DNA of 64,000 nucleotides, from contig QMRC01000001.1 in assembly GCA_003649205.1 (NCBI GenBank), positions 160,001 to 224,000 on the forward strand. The letters are read 5' to 3'. The notes beneath the pieces were generated by a model. That model saw only the letters and a program-made list of their open reading frames with translations. It was not told the DNA's origin and ran no database searches. This DNA is from Thermoprotei archaeon. GTDB lineage: Archaea; Thermoproteota; Thermoprotei; Thermoproteales; B15-G16. The stretch's first letter is position 1. The number at the start of each line of letters is the position of its first letter. Positions 27,056 through 37,046 of this stretch are shown piece by piece. Position numbers and translations under genes: made by a program.

Positions 27056-27865
27056 GTGGTGATGCTCATGGTCTTGCTGTGGCTTCTCGGTACTGGTGCT
27101 GCTGAGGGTATTCCTGTTCATGGCTGTCACTGTACTGCATGTATGGAGGCTAGGAGGAATCCGCTGTATAGGAGGAGACAGGCGACTTACCTCGTTGATA
27201 CAGGTAACTTAGTGATGTTACTTGATTGTGGTTCTCAGGAGGTTGTTCATAGGGAGCTTCTCGATGTTGAGATTGATTACGTCTTTATATCTCATCCTCA
27301 CTTAGATCACGTAACTGGTATACATGATCTTAGGTGGAGTAAGCAGAGTAAGCAACCTACTTTGGTCATTAACCGTAGGTTCATGTACTGTGATGAGATG
27401 ACTTACCTAATACCTAGGTTGAGGATCTTCTCTGTTGAATACTATGAGGAAGGTAGTGTGTATAGGTTGTGTGATGGTACTAGGATCACTCCCATTAGGT
27501 TGAGGCACGGTGATTTACCTACGTATGGCTTCCTCATCGATTGTGGTAAGGTTATTGCGTATCTTCTCGATACGAAGGGTCTTCCTCAGGAATCTCTGAA
27601 GTTGCTTAGAGAGTACAGTATTGATGTTGCTCTAGTTGACTCTACATTTGGTAGTGGATACGTAAGTGATGCTCACAATACCGTTGTTGATGCTCTTGAG
27701 TTCTCACGTATGCTCAATGTTAGGAAGCTCGTGTTGACCCACATCTCGCACAATGTTACAGGTGGTATGAGAGAGATTGAGGAGCTTGCTAGGAGGTACG
27801 TGAAGGAGCTCTCAGTTAACTGTGAGATTTTAATTGCTCTCGATGGTATGGAGATTCACCTATAG
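27056..27865 (+). CDS. Metallo-beta-lactamase-fold hydrolase (PhnP-like)
   Basis: LGTGAAEGIP..GCHCTAC, SHPHLDHV, LRHG, DTKG, AHNT, LTHISH. Confidence 0.88.
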   Translation: MVMLMVLLWLLGTGAAEGIPVHGCHCTACMEARRNPLYRRRQATYLVDTGNLVMLLDCGSQEVVHRELLDVEIDYVFISHPHLDHVTGIHDLRWSKQSKQPTLVINRRFMYCDEMTYLIPRLRIFSVEYYEEGSVYRLCDGTRITPIRLRHGDLPTYGFLIDCGKVIAYLLDTKGLPQESLKLLREYSIDVALVDSTFGSGYVSDAHNTVVDALEFSRMLNVRKLVLTHISHNVTGGMREIEELARRYVKELSVNCEILIALDGMEIHL

Positions 27866-27901
27866 TAGCAAACTTTTTATACTTGTAATACATGTATTAC
27901 A

Positions 27902-28411
27902 GTGGTGACATGTATGGGTGAGCGAAGTGAGAAGAAGGTACTGAGTGTTAGAGGTGTTGACGAGGTTACTTATCGTGAATTTGTTGCTACTGCTAAGGAA
28001 CTTGGTAAGACTGTTGGTCAGGCATTGACTGAAGCTATGAGACTGTACTTACTGTTTGCTAAATCTGCATCTACTGCCCTCTCATCACTAGCCAATAACA
28101 TTAATGCTTTGAAGAAGTTGACTAAAAATGCCCTATCAGCAGCATCTGAGGGGTTTAGGGAGGTTATCCCTGAAACCATTAGTAATATCGATGAATTAGA
28201 GGTTGGTAAGGCTGATTTAGAGGCTCTTGGTAAGAGAGTTACGTTCAACAACATTAAGAGGCTCATATTTAGAGAAGATGTCGATAGAGAGACCTTCGAA
28301 AAGTATGTTGTCAGCATATCGAATATTGATGAATTAGTAATTCCTAGTACGCTACCTAGGTTGCTAGTGCTTGCAAGGTGTTGTAATGTTAAGAAGTTAG
28401 CTGTTAGATAG
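27902..28411 (+). CDS. Conserved hypothetical protein with RHH-like N-terminus
   Basis: SVRGVDE..YREF..AKELGKTVGQALTEAM; repeated ISNIDEL. Confidence 0.7.
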   Translation: MVTCMGERSEKKVLSVRGVDEVTYREFVATAKELGKTVGQALTEAMRLYLLFAKSASTALSSLANNINALKKLTKNALSAASEGFREVIPETISNIDELEVGKADLEALGKRVTFNNIKRLIFREDVDRETFEKYVVSISNIDELVIPSTLPRLLVLARCCNVKKLAVR

Positions 28412-28467
28412 GTTTAATTCTCGTAAGATTTTTCTAGCTCTCTCTCACTTCCCTCTTTTGTGATTGT

Positions 28468-29853
28468 ATGAGGAGGACGAAGATAATAGCTACCATTGGG
28501 CCTTCTAGTAGATCTTATGATATACTGTTTAGGTTGGTCCTTGAGGGTGTTAGTGGTTTTAGGCTGAATTTCGCTCATGGTACTCATGAGGAGAAGCTTG
28601 AGGAGGCTAAAGCTGTTAGAGCTATTGAGCGGGAGCTAGGTACCTACGTTACTATTGTCTGTGATCTATCTGGTCCAAGTGTGAGGTTAGGTAAGGTACC
28701 TGAGTTCTACGTTCATGAGGGTGAGCAAGTTCATTTAGTGTACTCCGATGTTGGTAAAGCTGAGGAAAAGGAGGTACCTGTACCTGTTAGGCAGTTCTTT
28801 GAAGTTCTTGAGGATGGCGACATCGTCCTTATTGACGATGGTAGGGTTTGGCTTCGTGTAGATAAGATACGTAGGGATAGAGTGGTGTGTACAGTCTTGA
28901 CCAGTGGTGCTATTAGACCTGGTAAGGGTATAGGTATTAAGGGTAAGGACTTAGAGTTACCTCCACTAACTAGCAAGGATGTCGAGGACATTAAGTTCTG
29001 TGTAGCTAATGGAATTGTCGATTACTTTGCACTATCATTCGTTAAGCGTGGCGATGACGTTAAGATACTGAGAGACTTACTAAATGACCTCGGTGCCGAT
29101 GATGTTGGTATACTAGCTAAGATTGAAACTAAGAGTGCTGTTGATAGGGTGGATGAGATTGTTCAGCAGAGTGATGGTGTTATCATTGCTCGTGGTGATC
29201 TAGGTATTAGTCTTGGTCTTGAGAAGGTACCAATTGTTCAGCATGAGATCGTTAGGAAGTGTAGGTACAGTGGTAAACCGTCGATAATAGCTACGCAGAT
29301 TCTCGAGTCAATGGTTGAGTCACCAGTACCCACGAGAGCTGAGGTCGTTGACATCATGGTGTCAGTACAGGAAGGTGTCGATGCTATCTTACTAACCAAT
29401 GAAACTGCTATTGGTAAATACCCAGTGACCTGTGTTACGTGGTTGAAAAGAGTCTTACTGGAGGCAGAGCAGAGGTATCAACCTGAACAAGTTGATGCTA
29501 CTGATGACCTCTACGATAAATTCGCTAGAGGTGTTGCCTCTCTAGCTGACTTCATCGGTGCTAAGCTACTGATCTTTACAAGGAGAGGAACAACAGCTAG
29601 GAGGATAGTGAAGTATAGACCGAGAACAGCAATCTACGTAGCAACACCAAGTGAGGTCATTGCTAGGAGGCTCAACGTCATGTGGGGTGTAAAGTCATTT
29701 GTAATTGAGGAGAGAGATGTCAGTAAGGCGCTCGATAAATTCCTTGAGCACCTAAAGGAGAGGGGTGACTTAACGTACGGTGATATCGTCATACTGACAG
29801 GTGGTATGAGAGGAGGAGCAACAGACTTAGCAAGAGTAGAGATTGTCAGGTAG
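28468..29853 (+). CDS. pyk: Pyruvate kinase
   Basis: RTKIIATIGP, RLNFAHG, LSFV, AKIE, ARGDLG, ATQILESM..PTRAE, ETAIGKYP. Confidence 0.96.
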   Translation: MRRTKIIATIGPSSRSYDILFRLVLEGVSGFRLNFAHGTHEEKLEEAKAVRAIERELGTYVTIVCDLSGPSVRLGKVPEFYVHEGEQVHLVYSDVGKAEEKEVPVPVRQFFEVLEDGDIVLIDDGRVWLRVDKIRRDRVVCTVLTSGAIRPGKGIGIKGKDLELPPLTSKDVEDIKFCVANGIVDYFALSFVKRGDDVKILRDLLNDLGADDVGILAKIETKSAVDRVDEIVQQSDGVIIARGDLGISLGLEKVPIVQHEIVRKCRYSGKPSIIATQILESMVESPVPTRAEVVDIMVSVQEGVDAILLTNETAIGKYPVTCVTWLKRVLLEAEQRYQPEQVDATDDLYDKFARGVASLADFIGAKLLIFTRRGTTARRIVKYRPRTAIYVATPSEVIARRLNVMWGVKSFVIEERDVSKALDKFLEHLKERGDLTYGDIVILTGGMRGGATDLARVEIVR

Positions 29854-30334
29854 ATACATCTCTCTTACCCAGCTTCTCTATGAATTCACAACATCGTCTA
29901 ACTAAGTCAGGTCTCCTAGCGTCAATAACTACATCAACAGAGTACCTATGTGCAACACCACCATCCTCACTACTTCTGAACGAAATTACAACATCAACTC
30001 TCTGTAGGTAGAACGGTGCTTCGGTAGCGAATTCAGACATCACCCTATTAGCTAGCGCTATAGCTGTCTCAAGATCAGGTACATCAGGTACATGAATTTG
30101 AACAACATTACCACGATTGAGAGTAATAGGTCTAAAACCTCTCATCTGTAGCCTACGAATGTAGTCAAGAGGTACATACGGTGGTTCAGAGACAGCTCTA
30201 AAAGCCTCCATGATATCCTCACGAGATCTAGCTAACACAGCAACCTTACCAATGAAGTACACCCTAAGCTTACTAACATCAACACCCAGTACCTCAGCTA
30301 CCTTAGAGAGAACCTCACACATAAGTACACCCAC
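29846..30334 (-). CDS. Hypothetical protein
   Basis: 162-aa ORF with typical codon usage, convergent with pyk. Confidence 0.55.
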   Translation of the reverse strand: MGVLMCEVLSKVAEVLGVDVSKLRVYFIGKVAVLARSREDIMEAFRAVSEPPYVPLDYIRRLQMRGFRPITLNRGNVVQIHVPDVPDLETAIALANRVMSEFATEAPFYLQRVDVVISFRSSEDGGVAHRYSVDVVIDARRPDLVRRCCEFIEKLGKRDVST

Positions 30335-30422
30335 AGAGATCTTTGAGAACAGGAATAAGTACTTTGAAGCTTAGGGAAGTAGAGTGAAGTGAGAAGTACA
30401 CTGTTGGTGGTGTTGGTTAGTC

Positions 30423-30886
30423 GTGATTTCTGGGTACCTAATTACAACCGTCAGTATCATAGTAACTGTAGTGTCGTCAGCTGCTACTTTAGCTTATTGG
30501 CTTGGTAGAAAACTTACTCGTATCGAGTATGAGGTAAGTACCTTGAGAAGGATGATTAAGGGTCTTGCAGAAGCTTCAGTGGAAGCACACTCAATAGCTA
30601 TGGAGTACCCGTCACTAAAGGGATTCTTGAGAGGAGTGAAGTCGATTATTTGAGGAAGAGAGTTAGTGCTGTGTACAGTATGCATGTGAGATCCAATCCT
30701 GCAATTAGTGAAGAGGAGTTGAGACTAATTAAGGAGTTCATTGCTAAGGATCCAGATGAAGTAACTCTTGAAGAGTGTGAGCGAGTTTACGATGCTGAAA
30801 CTGGAGATTTGAGAGGATTCTACGCAGCTATATACGCAACCTACGTTAGGGGATACCTCATAAGCAAGAAAGCTAGAAAGAGATGA
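30423..30886 (+). pseudogene. Frameshifted crenarchaeal paralogous-family (PaREP-like) membrane-anchored protein
   Basis: TM helix + LAYWLGRK; adding one base near 30630 joins the two ORFs as ...KGFLERSEVDYLRKRVS...NP.ISEEELR...DPDEVTLEECER. Confidence 0.6.
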
Positions 30887-30937
30887 GCAGTAGCGCCATA
30901 CCACGCCCCTTATATTCTCTCTCAACAAGGTAACTAC

Positions 30938-31732
30938 TTGATGCACTACCCTCGGTACCTAATCAAGGAAAGAAGTACATTTGATCCTATAGAGTTAGCT
31001 AGAGTTACGGAGTCCATTGTGTGTAAGCACATTAATGGTGTACAGTTACGTAAGTACGATGACTTCTATGTAGTTTGGGTTTATAATGGTGTAGCTACTG
31101 GCTACGTTGTTGGGTGTAACCTTCGTTGCTACTTCTGTTGGTCATATATTTCGAGAGATTTCCCTGAGAGATACGGTACCTACTATAGTCCTGAGGAGGT
31201 CGTTACTAACCTAAGGAGGTTAGTCAAAGAGTACGGTGTTGACAAAGTTCGTATTAGTGGTGGTGAACCAACAGTATCTAGAGATCACTTACTTCAAGTT
31301 CTTGAACTCGTTGAACAAGTACCTGAAATCAAGCTCTTTCTACTTGAGACAAATGGTATTCTCCTTGGTCACGATGAGGGTTATGTTCGTAAGCTAGCTC
31401 AATTCAGAAAGATTTTAGTTCGTGTTAGTTTGAAAGCAGGTACACCGGAGAAGTTTAGTGAGAGAACAGGAGCTAAACCAGAGTTCTTTGAGCTTCCCTT
31501 CAGAGCTATTAGACATCTTCTGAAGTACGGTGTTCCTGTCTATGTAGCTGCTATGACTGATCCTAGGTTGATGAGTAATGAGGAGAGACTTGAGTTGATG
31601 AAGAAGTTAGCTGAGATAGATCCTGACTTGGTTAAGAATCTTGAGGAGGAGAGTGTTGATCCATATGAGACTACACTTCTAAGACTTGAAGCAGCTCAAG
31701 TCAATATACCTTGGGAATCACTTGAGTTCTAG
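30938..31732 (+). CDS. Radical SAM protein
   Basis: GCNLRCYFCW, RISGGEP, LETNG, RVSLKAG. Confidence 0.88.
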   Translation: MMHYPRYLIKERSTFDPIELARVTESIVCKHINGVQLRKYDDFYVVWVYNGVATGYVVGCNLRCYFCWSYISRDFPERYGTYYSPEEVVTNLRRLVKEYGVDKVRISGGEPTVSRDHLLQVLELVEQVPEIKLFLLETNGILLGHDEGYVRKLAQFRKILVRVSLKAGTPEKFSERTGAKPEFFELPFRAIRHLLKYGVPVYVAAMTDPRLMSNEERLELMKKLAEIDPDLVKNLEEESVDPYETTLLRLEAAQVNIPWESLEF

Positions 31733-31735
31733 CTG

Positions 31736-32860
31736 GTGAGTGTAGTGAATGTGAATTGGTGTGAAACGCTAAGTAGGTTACATGAGTATGTAGTTCCTGA
31801 TCTAGGAGTGAAGTTCATTGATAGAGAACTAGAGTTTGAGAAGCTCATTAAGCATTACTGTAGAGGGGATGCACCTTGGATTCACGTAATTACTGGTCCT
31901 TGGGGTTGCGGAAAGACACAGTTTGCTAGAGCAATGACGTATGCACTCCAGTTCTCAAGTGACTACGTGGTATTTTACGTGAATTTAAGTGAGGAGGAAC
32001 TCGATAGGGTATTCTACCCAACAAAACCAGAGTTACAGGACTTAGTCATTAAGCTAGTTATTGAAGTTTTAGGTGGAACTGTACTCAAGCTACCTACGAA
32101 TCTGTATAGGTTCGTGAAGTATGTAGTTGAGAGGCTACGTGTTAGAGGTAAGATCTTCTTAGTGATAATTGATGAAATAACTAGGTCACTAGATCAATAC
32201 CGTGTATCGATTAGGGATTATGTTGCTAGTCTCAGCTTGAAGATATACGATATCTCAAATGAGTACAGCTGTACATTCTACCCAATACTCCTCACGAGTG
32301 ATCAAACAGCTACAGAACTCTTTATAAGGGAGAGAGGTAAGAACCTAAGTACTCACCTACTATGGAACTTACCTAAAGAAGCACTCACTGAACTTCTTCA
32401 ATTACTCAATTCACCACTTGACACTGCTGTAGTTTGGTACATTACTGGTGGAAATCCTAGAGAAGTTCTTCTACTAATGAGGGAGTATAGGTGGGAGTTG
32501 ATACCCTACATAGATGCCAGGGTGAGGGATGTTGTATCTGTAATTGCTGAGTACATCCGAGATGTTGGTATCTCCATAGATGAGGTAATACATCAGTGTC
32601 GAGTAGCAGTTGAGAATCCAGATTACTTAAGTTATCAGAGATTTTGGAATTACCTACTTAGGTACAACGTAGCTATGTACGTAGATGCTAGATTGCACAG
32701 ACTATCAACTATTGATAGGTGTGAGTGGATTGGTGAGGATTGTGCATTTCAATTACCTATCTACTACTGGATACTGAGAGCTATCGTCGATAGGAGGAGA
32801 TTGAGAGTAACAGCAAGAGATGTACTGGAGGTACTTAGATCACGTACTAACATCTTTTAA
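31736..32860 (+). CDS. Archaeal ATPase (AAA+, STAND-like paralogue family)
   Basis: FIDRELE, GPWGCGKT, VIIDE, LTSD, LWNL, TGGNPR. Confidence 0.85.
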   Translation: MSVVNVNWCETLSRLHEYVVPDLGVKFIDRELEFEKLIKHYCRGDAPWIHVITGPWGCGKTQFARAMTYALQFSSDYVVFYVNLSEEELDRVFYPTKPELQDLVIKLVIEVLGGTVLKLPTNLYRFVKYVVERLRVRGKIFLVIIDEITRSLDQYRVSIRDYVASLSLKIYDISNEYSCTFYPILLTSDQTATELFIRERGKNLSTHLLWNLPKEALTELLQLLNSPLDTAVVWYITGGNPREVLLLMREYRWELIPYIDARVRDVVSVIAEYIRDVGISIDEVIHQCRVAVENPDYLSYQRFWNYLLRYNVAMYVDARLHRLSTIDRCEWIGEDCAFQLPIYYWILRAIVDRRRLRVTARDVLEVLRSRTNIF

Positions 32861-33665
32861 ATACTACATTGATTGGGTGTAGAGCTGGTCTAAAGGTGGA
32901 TTCTAGCTCTAGTGTTGGTCCTAGTACTTTGTAGAGTTTCCAGCCAACGTCTTCAGCTAGTTTAATCAGTTCATTAAGTGAGTAAGCACGTAGTTGGAAT
33001 GAGACCTCACCAAGGTACTTAAGGTCGTGATTTTGCTGCTTGTAAAATCTCCACGTATTGATGAATAAACCCCTCTCAGACCTGTAATCAGGGTACTCGA
33101 TAACGACTAGGTCATCGTAATGTGAAATAATACCCTCAACAGGTACTATATTCCTTATCAGCGATATAAAGTGTGGATTACTATGTTCAAGAATTAGTAG
33201 GTACCCACCTTCCTCAGTTAGTTCTAGACATTGCTTCAGTATTGATTTATCGGTTTCTTCATCGTAGTACCCAATTAACGTAGTCCAGATGAAGTACACT
33301 ACCTTGAAGGGTGCGTAATCACGTAGGTACTTCACTAGCTCTCTAGCATCACCAGCAATGAACTTAACTCTGTCTTCAAGACCTAGCTCTCTAGCTCTCT
33401 TAATACCATCCTCGATGAGGATAGGTGAGATATCTATACCATAGACCTCATACCCATACCTAGCGAGGTGTAGAGCAACTCTACCATTACCATAACCAAC
33501 TTCAAGCACCTTACCAGACTCAACACCAAGTGACTTCAGTAATCGAGCAATTGCCTCAGCACTCCTCCTACCTCTCTCCCACATTTGCCCTGAACTAACC
33601 ATCTTTAGGAATAGCTCACCATAGTCTATGAATAGCTTCTCAATCCAGTTACTCAGGCACTTCAC
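32847..33665 (-). CDS. Class I SAM-dependent methyltransferase
   Basis: VLEVGYGNGR, GIDISP, GDAREL, WTTLIGYY, GGYLLI. Confidence 0.9.
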   Translation of the reverse strand: MKCLSNWIEKLFIDYGELFLKMVSSGQMWERGRRSAEAIARLLKSLGVESGKVLEVGYGNGRVALHLARYGYEVYGIDISPILIEDGIKRARELGLEDRVKFIAGDARELVKYLRDYAPFKVVYFIWTTLIGYYDEETDKSILKQCLELTEEGGYLLILEHSNPHFISLIRNIVPVEGIISHYDDLVVIEYPDYRSERGLFINTWRFYKQQNHDLKYLGEVSFQLRAYSLNELIKLAEDVGWKLYKVLGPTLELESTFRPALHPINVVFKRC

Positions 33666-33669
33666 CTCA

Positions 33670-33909
33670 CTAGGTACCTGTTAAGAGGTCAAGCAATCTA
33701 ATACCTTCCTTGATACCATCAATAACTTCCTTGCTGTAGAACTCAGTGTACCCACAACGACAGCAGATAACAGCAACGTACTCGTAAGCTTGCCAGTCAA
33801 GTAATCTAGTTAGTCCTGCACCTGTGAAGGCATGTTCCTGTATCTTAAATTCAATTGAGCCACACTTAGGACAACGCCAACCGGAAAAGTACTGACTTAG
33901 CTCGACCAA
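33670..33909 (-). CDS. Zn-ribbon protein (DUF2082-like)
   Basis: CPKCG...TGAGLTRLLDWQ...CCRCGYTEFY. Confidence 0.8.
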   Translation of the reverse strand: MVELSQYFSGWRCPKCGSIEFKIQEHAFTGAGLTRLLDWQAYEYVAVICCRCGYTEFYSKEVIDGIKEGIRLLDLLTGT

Positions 33910-33948
33910 GAGAGTTCACCTCTACTCATCTGGAGTATGGTATTATAG

Positions 33949-34428
33949 CTATACCTTGTCTCTCCTCTTGTTGAGTATTTCTAAGAGTTTATCAATGTAG
34001 TGAGCAATTGTACTGTATACTCTGAGGTATGTAGTGATATCATGTCCAAAGGGATCCTCTATATCGTCGTCAATACCTGTGATGTACCCAATCAATGTCG
34101 TTACTGGTACATCAATTCCATGAATCTCACAGATGCACTTAACTTCATCAACTAGATTACGCTCCATGGTCAGCACTAAATCTGGTCTAAAGACCTTAAT
34201 TACATCACCTACGTACCTAGGTACGTGATCACTTAAATTCACACTAAATATCCTAGCCGCTTCAATAGCTTCATGCGGTATTCCATATCTGTACGGTACT
34301 GTACCTCCTGAGCTAGCTACATGAGGTAAATTGATATCTCTACACCTCTTATTGAAGTACCTCTCAGCAAAAGGACTCCTACACACATTACCGATACACA
34401 CAAAGACTATTCTCATGATTTCTCTCAA
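33949..34428 (-). CDS. Low-molecular-weight protein phosphatase (LMW-PTP family)
   Basis: P-loop VCIGNVCRSPFAE, SSGG, H.PR, LTME, DIEDPF. Confidence 0.9.
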   Translation of the reverse strand: MREIMRIVFVCIGNVCRSPFAERYFNKRCRDINLPHVASSGGTVPYRYGIPHEAIEAARIFSVNLSDHVPRYVGDVIKVFRPDLVLTMERNLVDEVKCICEIHGIDVPVTTLIGYITGIDDDIEDPFGHDITTYLRVYSTIAHYIDKLLEILNKRRDKV

Positions 34429-34705
34429 GTAATGTGGGTTATTTTAGAAATTCTCTTAGTTACATACCTATCCTCAAGTGATTAGAAGGTGATACAGCTG
34501 GCTTAGCTTAAATTGCGTGATCTCAAGTTGGAGTTGTACCATGACTACATCGTTATACCAAATTATGTAACTTGTCAATCTCGTTTAGAGAAGTTACTCG
34601 GGATAAGGAGCATACTTAGTGATTTGTACATGAAGGTTAATCGACGTACTTCCATATTGAGATGAGAAAACGTTTATCTTTTAGCTTGTTCTTCTTTCTC
34701 ACAGC

Positions 34706-35299
34706 ATGCTGTTACTCCTAAAGCTGACAGAGGAGGGCTACGTTCCAGTTCTATTCTCAAGAGAGGACGATCCTCTAGATGAGGAACGTGATCTAGAGTT
34801 ATTGACTTCCTTGACTGTAGCTGTGCTCGGTTTTGCATCAATACTATCACATGACACTGTTGAGCTCAGTACTGATACTGGTCAGAAGCTCTTTGTTGTA
34901 ACTTCTCAGAGCGGATACTGTTTAGCTATTTGGAGTGATAGCGAAATCAATAGGAATTTAGCTAGGGAGACATTACGTAAACTCGAGGAGCTGCATAAGA
35001 GTAGTAAACTTACGCCTCTTCACATGTGCGTTGCTGAGTCCCTACTACGTAGTAATTTACCTCCCGATGTTCTTGACTTTGTTGGGAGAGCTATTGACTT
35101 TGCTGAATCCGAGTTTAAGTATGCTCTTGACCTATCAGTCAATTTCACTGAGCTTCCAGATGACGTGAAGAAGAGAATGATTGCTATCCTCGAGAAGCTA
35201 CCTATGAAATTTGAGGAATTACTTCACTATGTTTCTGATAGGGATGTCCTTATGGGTATTCTCGAGTTAATTAAGTTAGGTATTCTCATAGTTAGGTGA
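34706..35299 (+). CDS. Longin/roadblock-like domain fused to a C-terminal winged helix
   Basis: Predicted beta-beta-alpha-beta-beta-beta-alpha order with LLTSLTVAVLGFASIL helix; C-terminal KFEELL...ILELIKLGILIV; fold inferred by eye. Confidence 0.6.
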   Translation: MLLLLKLTEEGYVPVLFSREDDPLDEERDLELLTSLTVAVLGFASILSHDTVELSTDTGQKLFVVTSQSGYCLAIWSDSEINRNLARETLRKLEELHKSSKLTPLHMCVAESLLRSNLPPDVLDFVGRAIDFAESEFKYALDLSVNFTELPDDVKKRMIAILEKLPMKFEELLHYVSDRDVLMGILELIKLGILIVR

Positions 35300-36321
35300 G
35301 CTTCATGTTGTGGATGCTCGAAGCGCTCAAAATTGCACGCAAGGTTGATGACTACGTACTGCACTGTGTTTGGGATGAACTCAATAAGCTTGGTATTGTT
35401 GATGAATTGAAGAGAGGTACTGAGCCTACGGTTATTGCCGATAAGTTTGGTCTCGATAGATCACTATTCTTGTCATTGTATAACGCTCTCACTCAAACAA
35501 GACTTATTAAAGCTATTTTAAAAGGTGTTAAGAAACCGAAACTTGGTCCTGAGTTTTCTAAATTTGAAACTGGTATGAGAATGCTTGTTAGAGCTTTCTT
35601 CATGAGGATGCAAGGTAAGGTTCCAGATGAAATGGAGATCTTTGATAGAAGGTTCTACATCTTGTCGTTTAAGTCTATACATGTAAATAGAGCTATTATC
35701 AGAGCAAAAGCGATAGGACTTAGAGGTCTTGGCTTTAAACCTAAAAACGGTGTTAAGCTTATTGAGCTTGGTGCTGGTTATGGCTCATTTACACTATCTA
35801 TCCTCAGTATGTTAGCTAGATACGGTGTGAGAGACTTCAAGCTAATATGCGTTGACATGAGTGAAGATATGGAAAAGGAATTCTATAAGACTGTGACATC
35901 TGAAATGTTAACGTCATTGAACATACCTGAAAAGTATCTTGAAAATATCGAGTATAAGATTGCTGATGTCTCAGAGCTTCCTAAGTTTGCCAACGACCTT
36001 GGTAAGGAATCCTTCGATTATGCTCTATCCTGCGCTCTTCAGCATTGGGTTAGGAATAGGCATGAGATGTATAGAGGTATTGCTACGTTACTTAAACCTG
36101 GTGCTATTTGGTTTGATGTAGGTTCTCTCTATACTGAGAAGGTTCCTTCACTAATGTCAGTACTTCTACTATTTACGAGGGATTATGCTGGTGCACTTAC
36201 TGAAGCTGATTTAGATGAAATTAGGAAACACCTTGTAGTTGAGAAGGTTAAGACAAGGAGAACTAAGACCTTTACATCAATTCACATCCGAGCCGCTAAG
36301 CCAGTGTACTTGGTGATGTAG
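35296..36321 (+). CDS. Class I SAM-dependent methyltransferase with N-terminal helical/wHTH domain
   Basis: LIELGAGYG, CVDMS, ADVSEL, LQHWV, LLKPGA; GTGA overlap with the upstream gene. Confidence 0.85.
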   Translation: MSFMLWMLEALKIARKVDDYVLHCVWDELNKLGIVDELKRGTEPTVIADKFGLDRSLFLSLYNALTQTRLIKAILKGVKKPKLGPEFSKFETGMRMLVRAFFMRMQGKVPDEMEIFDRRFYILSFKSIHVNRAIIRAKAIGLRGLGFKPKNGVKLIELGAGYGSFTLSILSMLARYGVRDFKLICVDMSEDMEKEFYKTVTSEMLTSLNIPEKYLENIEYKIADVSELPKFANDLGKESFDYALSCALQHWVRNRHEMYRGIATLLKPGAIWFDVGSLYTEKVPSLMSVLLLFTRDYAGALTEADLDEIRKHLVVEKVKTRRTKTFTSIHIRAAKPVYLVM

Positions 36322-36322
36322 G

Positions 36323-36952
36323 ATGAATATTGACATCAGGTCTCTCCTGGAGAGATTGAGGACTGTTAAAGTCATGGTAATTGGCCCCCCGTATGCAGGT
36401 AAGACTACATTACTGCAAGCTATCGATAGTAGGTGTAGGTGTATCACTACACAAGCAAATTCTCCAGCTCCGTACAGGAGTACAGTGTTTATTGATAGTA
36501 GCTGTATTGTTTTTGATTTGAATACCGGTAGGTGGTTCTCAAGTGGATCTGAGTTCAGTAATTACCTTCTGGAATCTCAAAGTGCTATTGACAATGCTGT
36601 GAAACGCTTTATCAAGGTTAAGTTCATAGGTACCCCAGGTCAGCGAAGATTTGAGTATCAACGTGATATACTGTTTAGTCTACATAAGGTAGTTGATGTT
36701 GTTGCTCTTGTCGTCGATTCTGCTTCTGAAAGTAGCATCAATGAGATTCCTAAGTTTCTTGACCTTGTTAAGGCTAAGTTGAGGTATAAGGCTCTGTTAC
36801 TAGTTGCTAATAAGCAGGATATACCTGGTGCATTGCCTGGTTCTGAAATTGCTAAGAGATTCGGTATTCAGGAATTTGTTGAGACTAGTGCTCTCCATGG
36901 TTGGGGTGTAGACAGATTTGTCAGGAAGTGCGTTGAGTTAGGACTTAGCTGA
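36323..36952 (+). CDS. Small GTPase (MglA/COG2229-like, Ras superfamily)
   Basis: G1 GPPYAGKTT, G2-like STV, G3 GTPGQRRF, G4 ANKQD, G5 ETSAL. Confidence 0.9.
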   Translation: MNIDIRSLLERLRTVKVMVIGPPYAGKTTLLQAIDSRCRCITTQANSPAPYRSTVFIDSSCIVFDLNTGRWFSSGSEFSNYLLESQSAIDNAVKRFIKVKFIGTPGQRRFEYQRDILFSLHKVVDVVALVVDSASESSINEIPKFLDLVKAKLRYKALLLVANKQDIPGALPGSEIAKRFGIQEFVETSALHGWGVDRFVRKCVELGLS

Positions 36953-37046
36953 TCAAGGAATTACCTTAAGAATATTCCTGAAGAGGTACTAGGAAGCCTA
37001 AGAAAGAGAACGAAAATAGAGAAAGCCTATGAGAGAACCCACCTCC

